The notes beneath the pieces were generated by a model. The model saw only the letters and a program-made list of their open reading frames with translations. It was not told the origin of the DNA and made no database searches. This document shows positions 49,325 to 57,698 of a stretch of DNA of 64,000 bases, piece by piece. The stretch is from Ignavibacteria bacterium (GTDB lineage Bacteria > Bacteroidota > Ignavibacteria > Tepidaquicellales > OLB5). Made by a program: the position numbers and the translations under genes. Positions within the stretch are counted from its first letter, which is position 1, and every line of letters begins with the position of its first letter. Location: contig JAIOIK010000198.1 in the NCBI GenBank assembly GCA_019912545.1, forward strand, positions 6,679 through 70,678. Reading direction: 5' to 3'.

Positions 49325-49598
49325 TCGTTAATAAAACTCCGTTATTAAATATTAAATTATTAGATTCCCCCTGCGCAATAACAAGCCGCCGGGAGCGTTA
49401 GTTAAAAATCCACTCCATTAAGTATAGAAAATTAGTGGAAAAGAATACAAATATGCTAAAAATTTGAGAGAATCACAATGGACTGTTTAGAGAACAACAC
49501 TTGAAATTAAGTCTTTGTTTATTAATATTTTGAATTGAGTAATTTTTTGTACAAAATTTGCATATTTTGGATAAGGTTAGACACTTATTGACTGATAA

Positions 49599-50684
49599 AT
49601 GCCGATAAAAATCAAAGCAAAAGACGTAGAAAGATGGGCTGAAGGTATGGCAAGTCAAAGCGAATTGCCAGACCTTATAAGACAATTGATAGAGGGTACA
49701 GTTGATAAAGACCAAATTGTTGATATTGAATTTCCAGCTTATGATTCTGTACAAACACCTGGACCTGACGGGAGACTCAATTGCAAAAAAGGAAACCGTT
49801 ATATACCTAAAGGACATTCGATATGGGAATTGAGTAATCAGAGCGGAAACTTAGCTAAACAAAATGGCAAAATAGACAAAGACTATAAAGAAAGAACAAA
49901 AAAGCCAATTAATTATGATATCAATAAGGCAACTTTTGTATTTGTAACTGGACATCGTTGCACTTCAAAACATAAATGGAAAGAAAAGATTGTCAAAGAA
50001 CAAAGGAACAACAAAAATAAAAAGAAGATCTGGAAAAGCATTAAACTTTATGATTCAATAGATCTAGAGCACTGGTTAGGATACGTAAGTTATGTTACAT
50101 CTATAAAAATAGCAAAACAATTTTTGCGAATTGTACCACAAGGTCTAGAAACACTTGATACATATGGAGAAATGTGGTGTTATAATAAGAATTTTAGATT
50201 GACACCTGAGCTTATACTGACAAACAGAAAAAATGAACTAGATAAATTAAGGAATTGGTTAAATGATACCCCAAATAAAATTAAGATTCTTACAAACAAT
50301 TGTAAAGAAGCCGTGGTATTCATATGGGCAGTAATAAAAACAATGCCACTGGATGAACAAAATAGTTACTTCAACAAGTGTCTTATAATCAATAATGAAA
50401 TTGATTTAAAAGATATTATACACAGCAATCAACAAAGTATTTTGATTTACACAGGTGAAGATAGTGTCGCAATTGATTATGCTACAAAAAAGCATCATAT
50501 TCTAATACCCAAACTGATAGACAATCAAAAGAATGACAATTTAGGCAATTTCATTAAACTTAAACCTATAGAAGAAAATTCTTTTGAGAAAGCCATGATT
50601 AATTTAGGATTAACTAAAAATAGAATTAAATTACTTTACAAAAAATGTCAAGGAGATTTAAGTAAATTGAAAGAAATTAATTAA
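49599..50684 (+). CDS. hypothetical protein (361 aa); short paralog of the N-terminal third of the downstream 1272-aa protein
   Basis: First ATG after in-frame TGA TAA; AT-rich coding. Collinear motif matches with the next gene: LP.LIR.LI, FPA.D, G.DG.L, YIP.G.S.WE, KATFVFVT, WK.I..YD..DLE.WL, RKNEL....WL, GL(T/S)....G.LS.L. No family recognised. Confidence 0.7.
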   Translation: MPIKIKAKDVERWAEGMASQSELPDLIRQLIEGTVDKDQIVDIEFPAYDSVQTPGPDGRLNCKKGNRYIPKGHSIWELSNQSGNLAKQNGKIDKDYKERTKKPINYDINKATFVFVTGHRCTSKHKWKEKIVKEQRNNKNKKKIWKSIKLYDSIDLEHWLGYVSYVTSIKIAKQFLRIVPQGLETLDTYGEMWCYNKNFRLTPELILTNRKNELDKLRNWLNDTPNKIKILTNNCKEAVVFIWAVIKTMPLDEQNSYFNKCLIINNEIDLKDIIHSNQQSILIYTGEDSVAIDYATKKHHILIPKLIDNQKNDNLGNFIKLKPIEENSFEKAMINLGLTKNRIKLLYKKCQGDLSKLKEIN

Positions 50685-50714
50685 GAAACTTTGAAATTCT
50701 AACATGCAAAAATT

Positions 50715-53700
50715 ATGAAATGGATTAATTCTTCTGATTTAAAATTTTGGGCTATTAAGCAAAATAGAAATTGCCAGCAATACTTGCCTTTACTTATTCG
50801 TTGGTTAATTACTGAAACCGGCAATAACTTTATTACCAAAAAAATTTTCCCCGCCGGGGATGCAATTCATACAGCCGGCTGGGATGGTATATTAGAAACT
50901 AATGCTTCAAGTGAATATATACCTCATGGTATGTCATTCTGGGAATTCGGTTGTGCTGAAAGGATAAAACACCAGGCAGAAAATAACTATACTAAGAGAA
51001 CTAGTGAGCTATTAAGCACTGTAGAAAGAAAGAAAGCTACATTCGTATTTGTAACACCTAGAATATGGAATTACAAACAAAAAGACAAATGGGAAAATGA
51101 AAAGAATTTAGAAAAAAGATGGAAGCAAATAATCGTTTATGATGGCAGAGATTTAGAAGAATGGTTAGAAAATGCACCTGTTACCTCTTCGAAATTTGCG
51201 AGAAAAATTTTAGGTAATTATCCGGATAAAGTACAACCCTTAGAAGACTTTTGGGAAGAATGGTCTATTTGTCAAAAGTATAAGATAAATGAAAACTTAG
51301 TACTTGCAGGTAGAAAAAATGAACTTGAGAATATTTCAAAATGGCTAAGTGGTCCTCCAAGTAGATATATCTTAAAAGCATTGACCAGAGAAGAAGCACT
51401 CGCATTTTTATGTGCTTGTATAATGCATAGTAATGAGAAAGCTAACTATCTATCTAAGAGCTTAATAATAAAAGATAATTACGAATTCACGGAATTAATC
51501 AAAGAGCATACAGGTAAGATATTAATAAACTACTTCGGTAATTTTGACGCTGTTGATCTAGCAATAAATAGAGGAAATCATGTCTTTATTCCGTTAGCCC
51601 CTGATGCAACAAGCATAGAAGCTAATAATAATCTTCAAACTTTAGGTCTAGAAGATTTAGTTACTGAATTAAAAAAAATGGGATTAAGTGATGCTGATGC
51701 AAGACATTTTTCAAAAGATTCTGGTAGAAGTCTATCTGTTTTAAGAAGATTGTTATTTGGTAAAATGAAACAGCCCGAATGGTCCAAAAGGCAAAATGTA
51801 CGAGATATTATTCCATTATTGTTTATACAAAGATGGGATGATTCACAAACAAGGTCTGACAAAAGAAAAATAAAATCTAAATTTGATGACAAGAAAGTAA
51901 TTAAAAAAATTTCAGGCTTAAAATACAAAAACTTTCTTGCAAAAATTACCGAATATAAGAATATAGAAGATCCTCCAATTTATCAAATAGGCTTTAAATG
52001 GCGACTAGTTTCACCTATAGATGCTTGGTATGCAATAGCACCATATGTTACATTTCAACATCTTGATATATTCAAAAAAATCGTTATTGATGTATTAGTT
52101 GAACCTGATCCTGAATTTGAATTAGATGAAAACGAGAGATATAGAGCTGAATTATTAGGAAAATACAGAAAATACTCAGAATGGATTAGGGAAGGTATTT
52201 TGCAAAGTCTTGTTTTAATTGCGATATATGGAGATAGAATATCAAGTTTACAAGGTAATCATCAAGAATGGGTTGACAATATAATTTTAGAGTTAATAGA
52301 TAATATTGATGATAAAAAGTGGTTTTCATTATCTAATATTCTACCTCAAATAGCTGAAGCTTCACCAGTTTCCTTTTTAAATAGTATCGAAAATTCATTG
52401 AGAACCAATGAAAAATCCATTATGATTTTATTTAGGGAGGGAACAGATGCTTTCTTTTCCAGGTGTAATCATGCTGGTTTACTTTGGGCACTAGAATCCC
52501 TTGCATGGAAGTCTGAATATATTATACAAGTTACAAGAATACTAGGGCAATTATGCAAATTAGCACCTGCCAGTAGGTGGGGAAATACTCCAATATCTAC
52601 TTTGCGAGGGATATTTCTTGCTTGGCTGCCTTATACAACAGCAAATTTGAGTGAAAGATTTTCTGCACTCGATGTTTTAATCAAAGAAAATGAAGATGTA
52701 GCTGTTAAATTGCTGTTAAATCTACTACCTAAACCACATGATATAGGTCACCCAACATATAAAGCCAGATGGAGATGGTTCTCTGAATTGAACGAGGCTA
52801 GAGTCACAATAAAAGAAATGCACGATACTTATTCAGGTGTATTGGATAGACTTCTAAAAATAGCTGGTAATAATGGATTATTGCTCGCTAAAATATTACC
52901 TAGTTTCGACGATTTGTCACTGCAGAAGGATAGAGATAAGTTGTTTATTCATTTAAAATCAATTTTAGGTCAAGTAACAAGTGGTAAAAAAGAGTTATGG
53001 AACAAACTTAGAGAGATGATTTCTCGACATAAAACATATAAAGATGCCGCTTGGATTTTACCGGCTATTGAAATAAAGAGACTTGAAGAACTTTATGAAG
53101 AATTTAGATTAGATGATACTATTCAGAATTACAAATGGTTATTTGATGACCATTATCCTAATCTTTTAGATGGGGATAGGAAAAATTATAAAGAATATGA
53201 AAAAAAGATTGAAGATGCCCGAATAGATGCAATTGGGAAAATAATAATGGCAGAAAATGAGGATAAAATAATTGAATTAGCAACCACTGTCAAGTTTCCT
53301 TACTTTTTGGGTTTATCTTTAGCAAAAACCAACTTCGTTAATTCTGAATTAGAAGCAAAAATTATTTCCAAATCAATTGATAATGAAAACTTAATTAACT
53401 TTTCAAGAGGCTATTATGATGGTATGAGAAAAAAACAAGTAAATTGGGTTTTTGAAAGAATGACATATTTCCAAAATAATGAATCGAAACAGGAAATTAT
53501 CGTAAACTTCCTTACCTCTTTAGATTTTGGTAGACCTACTTGGGATTTAGTAGAACAATTTTCAAAAGAAATCCAAAATTTATATTGGGCTAAATGTTAT
53601 GTTTGGTTTCATGAAATTCAGGGTAAAGATAAGAAGTTTGCAATAAGAAATTTGTTGCAAGTAAATAGGTTTATAACTTTAATTGATACCGTTAGTTATC

Positions 53701-54533
53701 ATAGTGAGAATATCCCATCTGAATTGATTGCGGATATTTTAGAAAAAGCCATAACAATTAAATCCAATGATGAAAATAAAAACAGAATTGATCCTCACAA
53801 TGTTGCTGAACTTTTTAAAGTTTTAGATAAAAATGGTTATAATAATACTCCAAATTTAGTAAAATTAGAATGGTTTTATATTGAAATTTTATCTGATGAT
53901 TTTTGGGGTAGACCACCGAAATTATTACATAATGATATGAGTTTAAACGCTAAGTCATTTGTGGATGTTATTAAAATGATTTTTAAACCAAAAGATGACG
54001 AAGAATTACAAAAAGAAGAAACAAAAGGTTTAACCGAAAATCAAATAATCAACAGATATCGTGCGGCCTATGATTTATTAAGTTCATTCAAAACAATCCC
54101 GGGGAAAGATAAAAATGGTAAAATAGATTATCAAACCTTGTTAAGTTGGGTCAAAAATGTCATAAAATTAAGCAAAAAATCAAAAAGAGAATATCATGGC
54201 AAATATTTCATTGGTGAACTTTTTGCAAAAGGAATAGAAAAAGATTCTTTACCACTTGAAGAAATATGTCGGGTAATAGAAGAACTTAACAGCCAAGAAT
54301 TAAAACAAGGTTTCCAAATTGCAAACAGCAATAGAAGGGGTTTAACAACAAGAAATCCTTTTGAAGGTGGTGTGCAAGAGAAAAGCTTATCTGAACATTA
54401 TTATCAGCTTGCTAAAGAAATCGAATTAAAATATCCATTCACCTCAAAAATGTATAAGGATATTGCAAAAACTTATGAACTTGACGCAAAAAGAGAAGAT
54501 GATAGAGCTACAGAAGAAGAGTTAGAATATTAG
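50715..54533 (+). CDS. hypothetical 1272-aa protein: N-terminal module shared with the upstream gene, then a ~925-aa predicted helical-repeat region with an acidic tail
   Basis: Long uninterrupted ORF 30 nt after the previous gene. No signal peptide or TM segment. I found no Walker A, HNH or other catalytic signature by eye. The C-terminal two thirds are rich in amphipathic-helix-like segments (ILQSLVLIAIYGD, ILPQIAEASPVSFLNSIENSL, HAGLLWALESLAWKSEY..) and end ..AKREDDRATEEELEY. Confidence 0.8.
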   Translation: MKWINSSDLKFWAIKQNRNCQQYLPLLIRWLITETGNNFITKKIFPAGDAIHTAGWDGILETNASSEYIPHGMSFWEFGCAERIKHQAENNYTKRTSELLSTVERKKATFVFVTPRIWNYKQKDKWENEKNLEKRWKQIIVYDGRDLEEWLENAPVTSSKFARKILGNYPDKVQPLEDFWEEWSICQKYKINENLVLAGRKNELENISKWLSGPPSRYILKALTREEALAFLCACIMHSNEKANYLSKSLIIKDNYEFTELIKEHTGKILINYFGNFDAVDLAINRGNHVFIPLAPDATSIEANNNLQTLGLEDLVTELKKMGLSDADARHFSKDSGRSLSVLRRLLFGKMKQPEWSKRQNVRDIIPLLFIQRWDDSQTRSDKRKIKSKFDDKKVIKKISGLKYKNFLAKITEYKNIEDPPIYQIGFKWRLVSPIDAWYAIAPYVTFQHLDIFKKIVIDVLVEPDPEFELDENERYRAELLGKYRKYSEWIREGILQSLVLIAIYGDRISSLQGNHQEWVDNIILELIDNIDDKKWFSLSNILPQIAEASPVSFLNSIENSLRTNEKSIMILFREGTDAFFSRCNHAGLLWALESLAWKSEYIIQVTRILGQLCKLAPASRWGNTPISTLRGIFLAWLPYTTANLSERFSALDVLIKENEDVAVKLLLNLLPKPHDIGHPTYKARWRWFSELNEARVTIKEMHDTYSGVLDRLLKIAGNNGLLLAKILPSFDDLSLQKDRDKLFIHLKSILGQVTSGKKELWNKLREMISRHKTYKDAAWILPAIEIKRLEELYEEFRLDDTIQNYKWLFDDHYPNLLDGDRKNYKEYEKKIEDARIDAIGKIIMAENEDKIIELATTVKFPYFLGLSLAKTNFVNSELEAKIISKSIDNENLINFSRGYYDGMRKKQVNWVFERMTYFQNNESKQEIIVNFLTSLDFGRPTWDLVEQFSKEIQNLYWAKCYVWFHEIQGKDKKFAIRNLLQVNRFITLIDTVSYHSENIPSELIADILEKAITIKSNDENKNRIDPHNVAELFKVLDKNGYNNTPNLVKLEWFYIEILSDDFWGRPPKLLHNDMSLNAKSFVDVIKMIFKPKDDEELQKEETKGLTENQIINRYRAAYDLLSSFKTIPGKDKNGKIDYQTLLSWVKNVIKLSKKSKREYHGKYFIGELFAKGIEKDSLPLEEICRVIEELNSQELKQGFQIANSNRRGLTTRNPFEGGVQEKSLSEHYYQLAKEIELKYPFTSKMYKDIAKTYELDAKREDDRATEEELEY

Positions 54534-56536
54534 TTTGTTTCAACCCAAATACCATCCTCTTTCATGAGTTCTATCAGCCTTTCAAGGGCATCGGCATATG
54601 GGATCCCCCTTTCGATAACATCTTTTCCCCTGTAAAGGCTCACCCAATTAGGTCCGCTGCCAACAAAACCGTAATCAGCATCAGCCATTTCACCCGGTCC
54701 GTTAACTATACAGCCCATGATCGCTATTTTAACTCCCTTTAAGTGGTCTGTGCGCTTCTTTATCATAGCAGTTGTGACCTGCAGGTCAAACTGCGTCCTG
54801 CCGCAAGAGGGGCATGAAATATACTCGGTCTTTGATATTCTTGTCCTTGTAGCCTGTAGTACACCAAAGCTAATGCGGTTAACAATTTCCAGGTTGGTTT
54901 CAGGAGATTCTATCCAGATTCCGTCACCCATTCCGTCAATAAATAATGAACCAACCTCAGTTGCACTAAAGAGAGTAAGGTCTTCATCATCAAGTAAATC
55001 ATAATTTCTTTTTAAAATTACGGGAGTCTCAAGTCCGAGTTCCAATAATTCTATTACTATCCTGCGCTCTTCTGCCGCTGCATGTCTATTGTTAGTATTC
55101 AGTATTATGACGCAGAATTTATCAGCGCTGATTGTATCAAGCAGTTCACCCGAAATATCATCAATTGTTAATGAAAGAAAATTTATCCGGAAAGATTTTC
55201 TTTCTGCATTTAAGTATTCTTCCGGAGTAAACAGCGGGAATGATTCTGACTTTTCTTTCAAGTCTTTCCAGTAAGCGTAATCATATATGATTTTCAGTGT
55301 TCCAGGCAGTTTGTATGGAATGGTATTCTTTCCAAGGTAAATAAAATCTGCTGCCATATCGCCAATGTTCCATTTATCAAGCTTAGGGTCGTAGCCATAT
55401 GAAATTCCGCTTAATGCTTCGGGTTTTTGAATTGCATTCACATCCGGAGAAAGTATAACTACGGGCACATGATGATTGCCTATTTTATCGGTCTCATAAG
55501 TTTTTCTGCGCAGGTAACTGAATGGATCATAAGGAATTTCGGATTGCGGATTTTCGATCTCTGATTGAACAGCTGCAACCGGATTATTATAATCAGAAAT
55601 CCGATTCCCGATATCCGCAATTTGTTTATGTCCGTTAATATCATTGTACTTTGCAACGATCCTTTTACACACGGGAATTTCGAACTCAGGGTCTTCGGTA
55701 AGTGATACCCTTATTGTATCGCCAAGCCCATCTTCAAGAAGAGTGCCAATACCAACTGCTGATTTTATCCTTCCGTCTTCGCCGTCACCGGCTTCGGTAA
55801 CGCCAAGGTGCAGCGGGTAATTCATGCCTTCTTCTTCCATCTTGCTGACAAGCAGTCTATACGCCTGTACCATAACCTGAGTATTGCTTGCCTTCATGGA
55901 TAGTATTAACTCGTGGTAATTCATGTCGCGGCAAATCCGAACAAACTCCAGCGCTGATTCAACCATGCCAAGCGGAGTATCACCAAAGCGGTTCATGATC
56001 CTGTCGGATAGTGATCCGTGGTTTGTGCCAATCCTCATAGCCGTGCCGTACTCTTTGCAGACCTTCACAAGCGGCGCAAATTCTTCGTAAATCCTATCAA
56101 GCTCTTCATTATACATCTCATCGGTAAAGCTGAATACTTTGAATCTCTTCTTATCTGCATAATTGCCCGGGTTAACCCGCACTTTTTCTACAATACGGGC
56201 AGCCAGTTCAGCAGCATCCGGTTTGAAGTGAATATCTGCAACAATAGGCGTATTATAGCCGCGTGCTCTAAGCTCCTGTTTAATATTCTCAAGATTCTTC
56301 GCCTCTTTCATAGCAGGTGCAGTAATTCTTACCAGCTCGCTTCCGGCTTCGATCATACGGATTGATTGTTCAACCGTGCCTTTTGTATCCATTGTATCGG
56401 TCGTAGTCATTGATTGCACACGGATGGGATTATCTCCCCCGATGCCAACATTGCCAACCATAACAACACGGGTCTTATATCTTGAGTATTTTGCTAAGGA
56501 GTTACAATATTTTTTGGTGATTGTTTGTGTTTCCAA
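54530..56536 (-). CDS. ispG: 4-hydroxy-3-methylbut-2-en-1-yl diphosphate synthase (long form with insert domain)
   Basis: ..VGNVGIGGDNPIRVQSMT.., ..VRVNPGN.., C-terminal [4Fe-4S] cysteines (ISCPSCGRT .. MGCIVNGPGE). TTG start as in the track. Confidence 0.95.
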   Translation of the reverse strand: METQTITKKYCNSLAKYSRYKTRVVMVGNVGIGGDNPIRVQSMTTTDTMDTKGTVEQSIRMIEAGSELVRITAPAMKEAKNLENIKQELRARGYNTPIVADIHFKPDAAELAARIVEKVRVNPGNYADKKRFKVFSFTDEMYNEELDRIYEEFAPLVKVCKEYGTAMRIGTNHGSLSDRIMNRFGDTPLGMVESALEFVRICRDMNYHELILSMKASNTQVMVQAYRLLVSKMEEEGMNYPLHLGVTEAGDGEDGRIKSAVGIGTLLEDGLGDTIRVSLTEDPEFEIPVCKRIVAKYNDINGHKQIADIGNRISDYNNPVAAVQSEIENPQSEIPYDPFSYLRRKTYETDKIGNHHVPVVILSPDVNAIQKPEALSGISYGYDPKLDKWNIGDMAADFIYLGKNTIPYKLPGTLKIIYDYAYWKDLKEKSESFPLFTPEEYLNAERKSFRINFLSLTIDDISGELLDTISADKFCVIILNTNNRHAAAEERRIVIELLELGLETPVILKRNYDLLDDEDLTLFSATEVGSLFIDGMGDGIWIESPETNLEIVNRISFGVLQATRTRISKTEYISCPSCGRTQFDLQVTTAMIKKRTDHLKGVKIAIMGCIVNGPGEMADADYGFVGSGPNWVSLYRGKDVIERGIPYADALERLIELMKEDGIWVETN

Positions 56537-56537
56537 T

Positions 56538-56714
56538 TTACTTTTTCAGCCATCCTCTGGATAATGTCACAACTTTTTCATGATCAATCAGATTATTTTC
56601 ATTCTCGCTTTCAATCCACGCCTCCTTTAGATCTTTTTTTTGCTCGTCCGAAAGGTCATCCCAAAAATCATCTGTCCTCACACTATAAATTTCATTTACT
56701 TCGGTCTTAATCAA
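56538..56714 (-). CDS. candidate 58-aa small protein (below the track cutoff), antitoxin/addiction-module-component-like C-terminus
   Basis: Minus-strand frame: (TTG)M-IKTEVNEIYSVRTDDFWDDLSDEQKKDLKEAWIESENENNLIDHEKVVTLSRGWLKK-TAA. The TTG overlaps the rhomboid stop (cat TTG A). The stop lies 2 nt before the ispG start. It fills an otherwise empty 174-nt gap in a same-strand gene string. Confidence 0.4.
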   Translation of the reverse strand: MIKTEVNEIYSVRTDDFWDDLSDEQKKDLKEAWIESENENNLIDHEKVVTLSRGWLKK

Positions 56715-57661
56715 TGGATTTTTTTACTTGCTTCAAAAAGTATTTTCTTTTCTTCCTCACTCAGGTTCTGGTATCCATCTTTACCAATTTTATCAAGTAT
56801 TTCATCAACTTTTTCCTGTGTTATTTCGCCATTGCCGTCTTTTGTGTAATAGTCAGCGTCAGTTACATCCTTTTCAGAGCCTGTGTTATATTTTTCGTAA
56901 TACTTATTCCGGTAAATATTAGTTGGCCGGTTTGATGTCATCTTTGGCTTCTTATCAAACCTGAAAAGATCACTCACATTATTCTTTGTTAAAAGCAGGT
57001 AAACAAATCCAATCAGTCCGCCGCCCAAGTGCGCCAGATGCGCAACACCGGAATCCCTGCCGACAGAAAACAGCTCAATGACCATATAGATTATCACGAA
57101 ATACTTGGCTTTTATAGGAAACAGGAAGTAAAGAAATATTTCCCTATTTGGGAAAAGCATACCGAATGCAACGAGTACTCCGTAAATAGAGCCTGATGCC
57201 CCGACTGTCGGAAGCTGCAATGTTGTAAAGAGCGGAGTGAGAAGTACAGTCGAAAGACCCGCGCCAACGCCGCACATAACATAGTATGCCAGGAATTTCT
57301 TTGAACCCCAGATATTTTCAAGCTCCATGCCAAACATCCACAAGGCGAGCATGTTGAGAAATAAGTGCCAGAATCCACCGTGCATAAATAAATATGTTAA
57401 CAACTGCCACGGGTAGAACGGAAAAACTGTACTTCCTATCGGATTTAATGCAAAATATTTTATGAAAAATGCCGAGAGTGGTACGCCGCTGACGCTAAAT
57501 CCTGCAAAGATGAAATGCTGAACTGTAAAAATGGCAACATTAGAAATCAGCAGGTATTTTATGACGGGAGGAAATAAAGAAAATCCCCCGAACATTGATG
57601 GCCGGTTGAATCTAAGCCGCTGGTTACTATACCTGTCTTTTTGTGTGTTAAATATTCCCAT
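56711..57661 (-). CDS. rhomboid family intramembrane serine protease
   Basis: ..LTYLFMHGGFWHLFLNM.., catalytic GASGSIYGV, ..AHLAHLGG..; six to seven TM helices; soluble charged C-terminal tail. Confidence 0.9.
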   Translation of the reverse strand: MGIFNTQKDRYSNQRLRFNRPSMFGGFSLFPPVIKYLLISNVAIFTVQHFIFAGFSVSGVPLSAFFIKYFALNPIGSTVFPFYPWQLLTYLFMHGGFWHLFLNMLALWMFGMELENIWGSKKFLAYYVMCGVGAGLSTVLLTPLFTTLQLPTVGASGSIYGVLVAFGMLFPNREIFLYFLFPIKAKYFVIIYMVIELFSVGRDSGVAHLAHLGGGLIGFVYLLLTKNNVSDLFRFDKKPKMTSNRPTNIYRNKYYEKYNTGSEKDVTDADYYTKDGNGEITQEKVDEILDKIGKDGYQNLSEEEKKILFEASKKIH

Positions 57662-57698
57662 TTATATTGTTTTTCCTAAAACCCAAAACTCAAAAAAC

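Noticed and set aside
49473-49817. 114-aa minus-strand ORF overlapping the start of the first island gene
   Set aside because: It is cysteine/phenylalanine-rich and low in complexity, lies antisense to a longer ORF with paralog support, and sits in AT-rich DNA where random ORFs are frequent.
53670-53700. Walker-A-like strings in the large island protein (e.g. GQVTSGKK near 52970-52993)
   Set aside because: It has GK followed by K rather than S/T, sits inside a helical region with no preceding beta-strand or following Walker B, and is not at the position expected after the GRKNEL..WL lead-in.
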